A DNA stretch of 64,000 nucleotides, taken from sequence record PV740454.1. One strand, given 5' to 3'. Position numbers and translations under genes: made by a program. The notes beneath the pieces are model-generated. The model had not been told where the DNA came from, searched no databases, and was given only the letters and a program-made list of their open reading frames with translations. Numbering within the stretch: position 1 is the first letter of the stretch; the number at the start of each line of letters is the position of its first letter. Shown here in pieces: positions 62,337 through 64,000 of this stretch.

Positions 62337-64000
62337 ATGAAACAGACTATCAACGTCGGACAAATTGTCGATGACGGTACTGGTGACTACCTTCGTCAAG
62401 GTGGTATCAAGACCCGTGACAATTTCGACGAAATATACAGTCATTTAGGCGACGGTAGCAGACTTTATGCTGCCGGTGCTTGGCGAACTTGGAAATATGC
62501 TTCCACATATCTTAACGGCGATACATCATACAACTCTGCTAATGCTGACCTATATTTCGACGAGTACGGTGATGGTCAAGGTCCAGAGCTTCACGCGAAT
62601 TTCGGTGAATCATGGACAATCGATACGACATTAGGCGATGTTGATGTTTATCTACCAGCAGGCGTAGAAGAAGCAGACTACGGTAAAGCGATTCGTATAC
62701 GCGACGTTAAGGGCGTTTGGGACAAGAACATAGTAACAGTATACCCAGACTCTAAAGACTCTATAAAGCGCGTTGCAGCGTCTACACAGACGGATCTAGG
62801 TACGGGAGCTGAGTTTACTAACGCTTATCAAGATCTAGAGCTTGTTTTCACTCCGCCACGTCACTGGGAATATGTTGCTCAGAAATACGTTAACGGATTG
62901 ACGTTCGGTGATGTTCCTAGTGTTCTACGTCGAGCGATTATTTCTAGACAAGGTCAGCGTGATTTTAACATGTCACTAGAGCTTAATGGTGGTCTATACA
63001 ACCAAGCAGCAGTTGAAGTTTATCGTCGAGGGAACTTGATGTACTTCGGCGACGATCTTAGCGATTTCAGCGACTACGGCTCAATCCCACTACACACAGT
63101 CGAAGATTGGGTTGAAAATAACCCAGAGACGTATTACGTAGGTGACTTAGTTCGTGGTGATGACATCACAGGTCGTGACGACCGTATTTGGCAATGTATC
63201 GTAGAGCATAACAGCATAGGTGCATGGGAAGAAACAAAATGGGCTGAATTTGCAGATTTCCCAGACTATGCGTATCACGCTGGGTCTACTGCATATAGTG
63301 TAGGCGATATTGTTATTCAAGATCATGATGGGTATGTTCAATCATTTGAATGTTTGATTTCACACACATCAGCATCTGGATATACAGATTTAACAGCAGA
63401 TAGTCGATGGAAACAGTTGACTAATGACGATCTAGCTCCACTGGATGGACGCACAATTAGATTGCGTTTGGCAGCGAATGCAGGCGACCCACTAGCTATG
63501 GTAACATATCTAAGTGATGTGTCAAGTTTCCGCAGCAGCTATATGCTGAAATCGATTAAGTTAATCGACGAGAATAACTACGGTGTGGAAGAACAGCCGG
63601 GTGCAGTTGTTAAGAAAGAATTTGTACCGGGTATGTCGTTGAATCTAGTTGATTTCGGTCTTCCAGATTATACACAGTACAACACTGAAACTCTAGAAGT
63701 TCTAGTGAACGGTAGCCAACTTACTCGTGCTAACACAGCCGGTAACGGTGATAGTGAGAATGGCGGCGAATATGACTTCGACCATGTTCAAGACGCTGAA
63801 GGGCGTTGGAACACAATCGTGTTCGCTGAATCATTGTCTGACAGTGATATCGTAACAGTTCGTTGGTATGACAACGTAATCGGTACATTGCTTTCATGGG
63901 ATGATGGCGATGACAACCTACAAGAACGTACACGTGAAATATTCGTGTCTCGTGATGACTGGGCTGATGTGCGTAGATTCAATAAGATTCTATACACGGA
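62337..64000 (+). CDS. 10: Baseplate wedge subunit / tail pin gp10 (partial, runs off window; not in ORF track)
   Basis: MKQTINVGQIVDDGTGDYLRQGGIK...NFDEIY-x2-LGDG matches the T4 gp10 N-terminus. Confidence 0.93.
   Translation, partial: MKQTINVGQIVDDGTGDYLRQGGIKTRDNFDEIYSHLGDGSRLYAAGAWRTWKYASTYLNGDTSYNSANADLYFDEYGDGQGPELHANFGESWTIDTTLGDVDVYLPAGVEEADYGKAIRIRDVKGVWDKNIVTVYPDSKDSIKRVAASTQTDLGTGAEFTNAYQDLELVFTPPRHWEYVAQKYVNGLTFGDVPSVLRRAIISRQGQRDFNMSLELNGGLYNQAAVEVYRRGNLMYFGDDLSDFSDYGSIPLHTVEDWVENNPETYYVGDLVRGDDITGRDDRIWQCIVEHNSIGAWEETKWAEFADFPDYAYHAGSTAYSVGDIVIQDHDGYVQSFECLISHTSASGYTDLTADSRWKQLTNDDLAPLDGRTIRLRLAANAGDPLAMVTYLSDVSSFRSSYMLKSIKLIDENNYGVEEQPGAVVKKEFVPGMSLNLVDFGLPDYTQYNTETLEVLVNGSQLTRANTAGNGDSENGGEYDFDHVQDAEGRWNTIVFAESLSDSDIVTVRWYDNVIGTLLSWDDGDDNLQERTREIFVSRDDWADVRRFNKILYT

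Noticed and set aside
62331-62339. ACAGCAATG at the gp10 start as a TROVE-binding site
   Set aside because: It lacks the upstream pyrimidine/helix context, and a structural gene is an unlikely target; kept only as a caveat on the autoregulation idea.
387-63997. Many short ORFs in the track that overlap long genes or tRNAs in other frames or strands (e.g. 387-623, 499-831, 3767-4001, 16916-19745, 33880-34113, 39539-39970, 43334-43945)
   Set aside because: Shadow ORFs of well-supported genes or RNA genes; no RBS or family motifs.
1-64000. Genome-wide amber (TAG) recoding
   Set aside because: Long essential genes are uninterrupted in the standard code, and TAG serves as a normal stop (e.g. 13408-13410).

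Overview
A 64 kb segment of a large T4-like myovirus genome; the host is probably a gammaproteobacterium, possibly a marine Vibrio-like one (inferred, not proven). Left to right: (1) 1-16 kb, metabolism and host takeover (GT4 glycosyltransferase, nrdABC, lytic transglycosylase, AAA ATPase, topoisomerase gp52, QueE, an ART-fold protein with a capsid-targeting-like N-terminus, M15 endolysin, PhoH, AsiA, Tad2/DUF2829). (2) 16-23.6 kb, a holin-position membrane protein and two paralogous distal tail fibres. (3) 23.7-28 kb, a putative RNA repair/decay gene group (YkuK RNase-H-like, TROVE/Ro60-like vWA protein, GIY-YIG endonuclease, cyclic-phosphate receiver domain). (4) 28.3-40.7 kb, a minus-strand RNA-gene island: 27 conventional tRNAs covering all 20 amino acids, many non-canonical tRNA-like and structured RNAs, and small ORFs. 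(5) 41-64 kb, T4-like virion morphogenesis genes (57B, 57A, 1, 3, 29, 51, 26, 54, 2, 4, 48, 53, 27, 5, 5.1, 5.4, 25, 6, 7, 8, 9, start of 10). Best candidate for a new system: a TROVE/Ro60-like protein plus about nine tRNA-island RNAs that share a helix-adjacent TNCDGCAA motif (TACAGCAA in the best copies). The motif occurs both in free Y-RNA-like form and, apparently circularly permuted, inside the anticodon arm of tRNA bodies, and it also fills the gap between the Shine-Dalgarno and the ATG of the TROVE gene. Second: a 2OG-Fe(II) oxygenase gene whose second codon is TAG, abutting a degenerate CUA-anticodon tRNA. All calls are by eye from the sequence and the ORF track; no database searches or folding programs were run.
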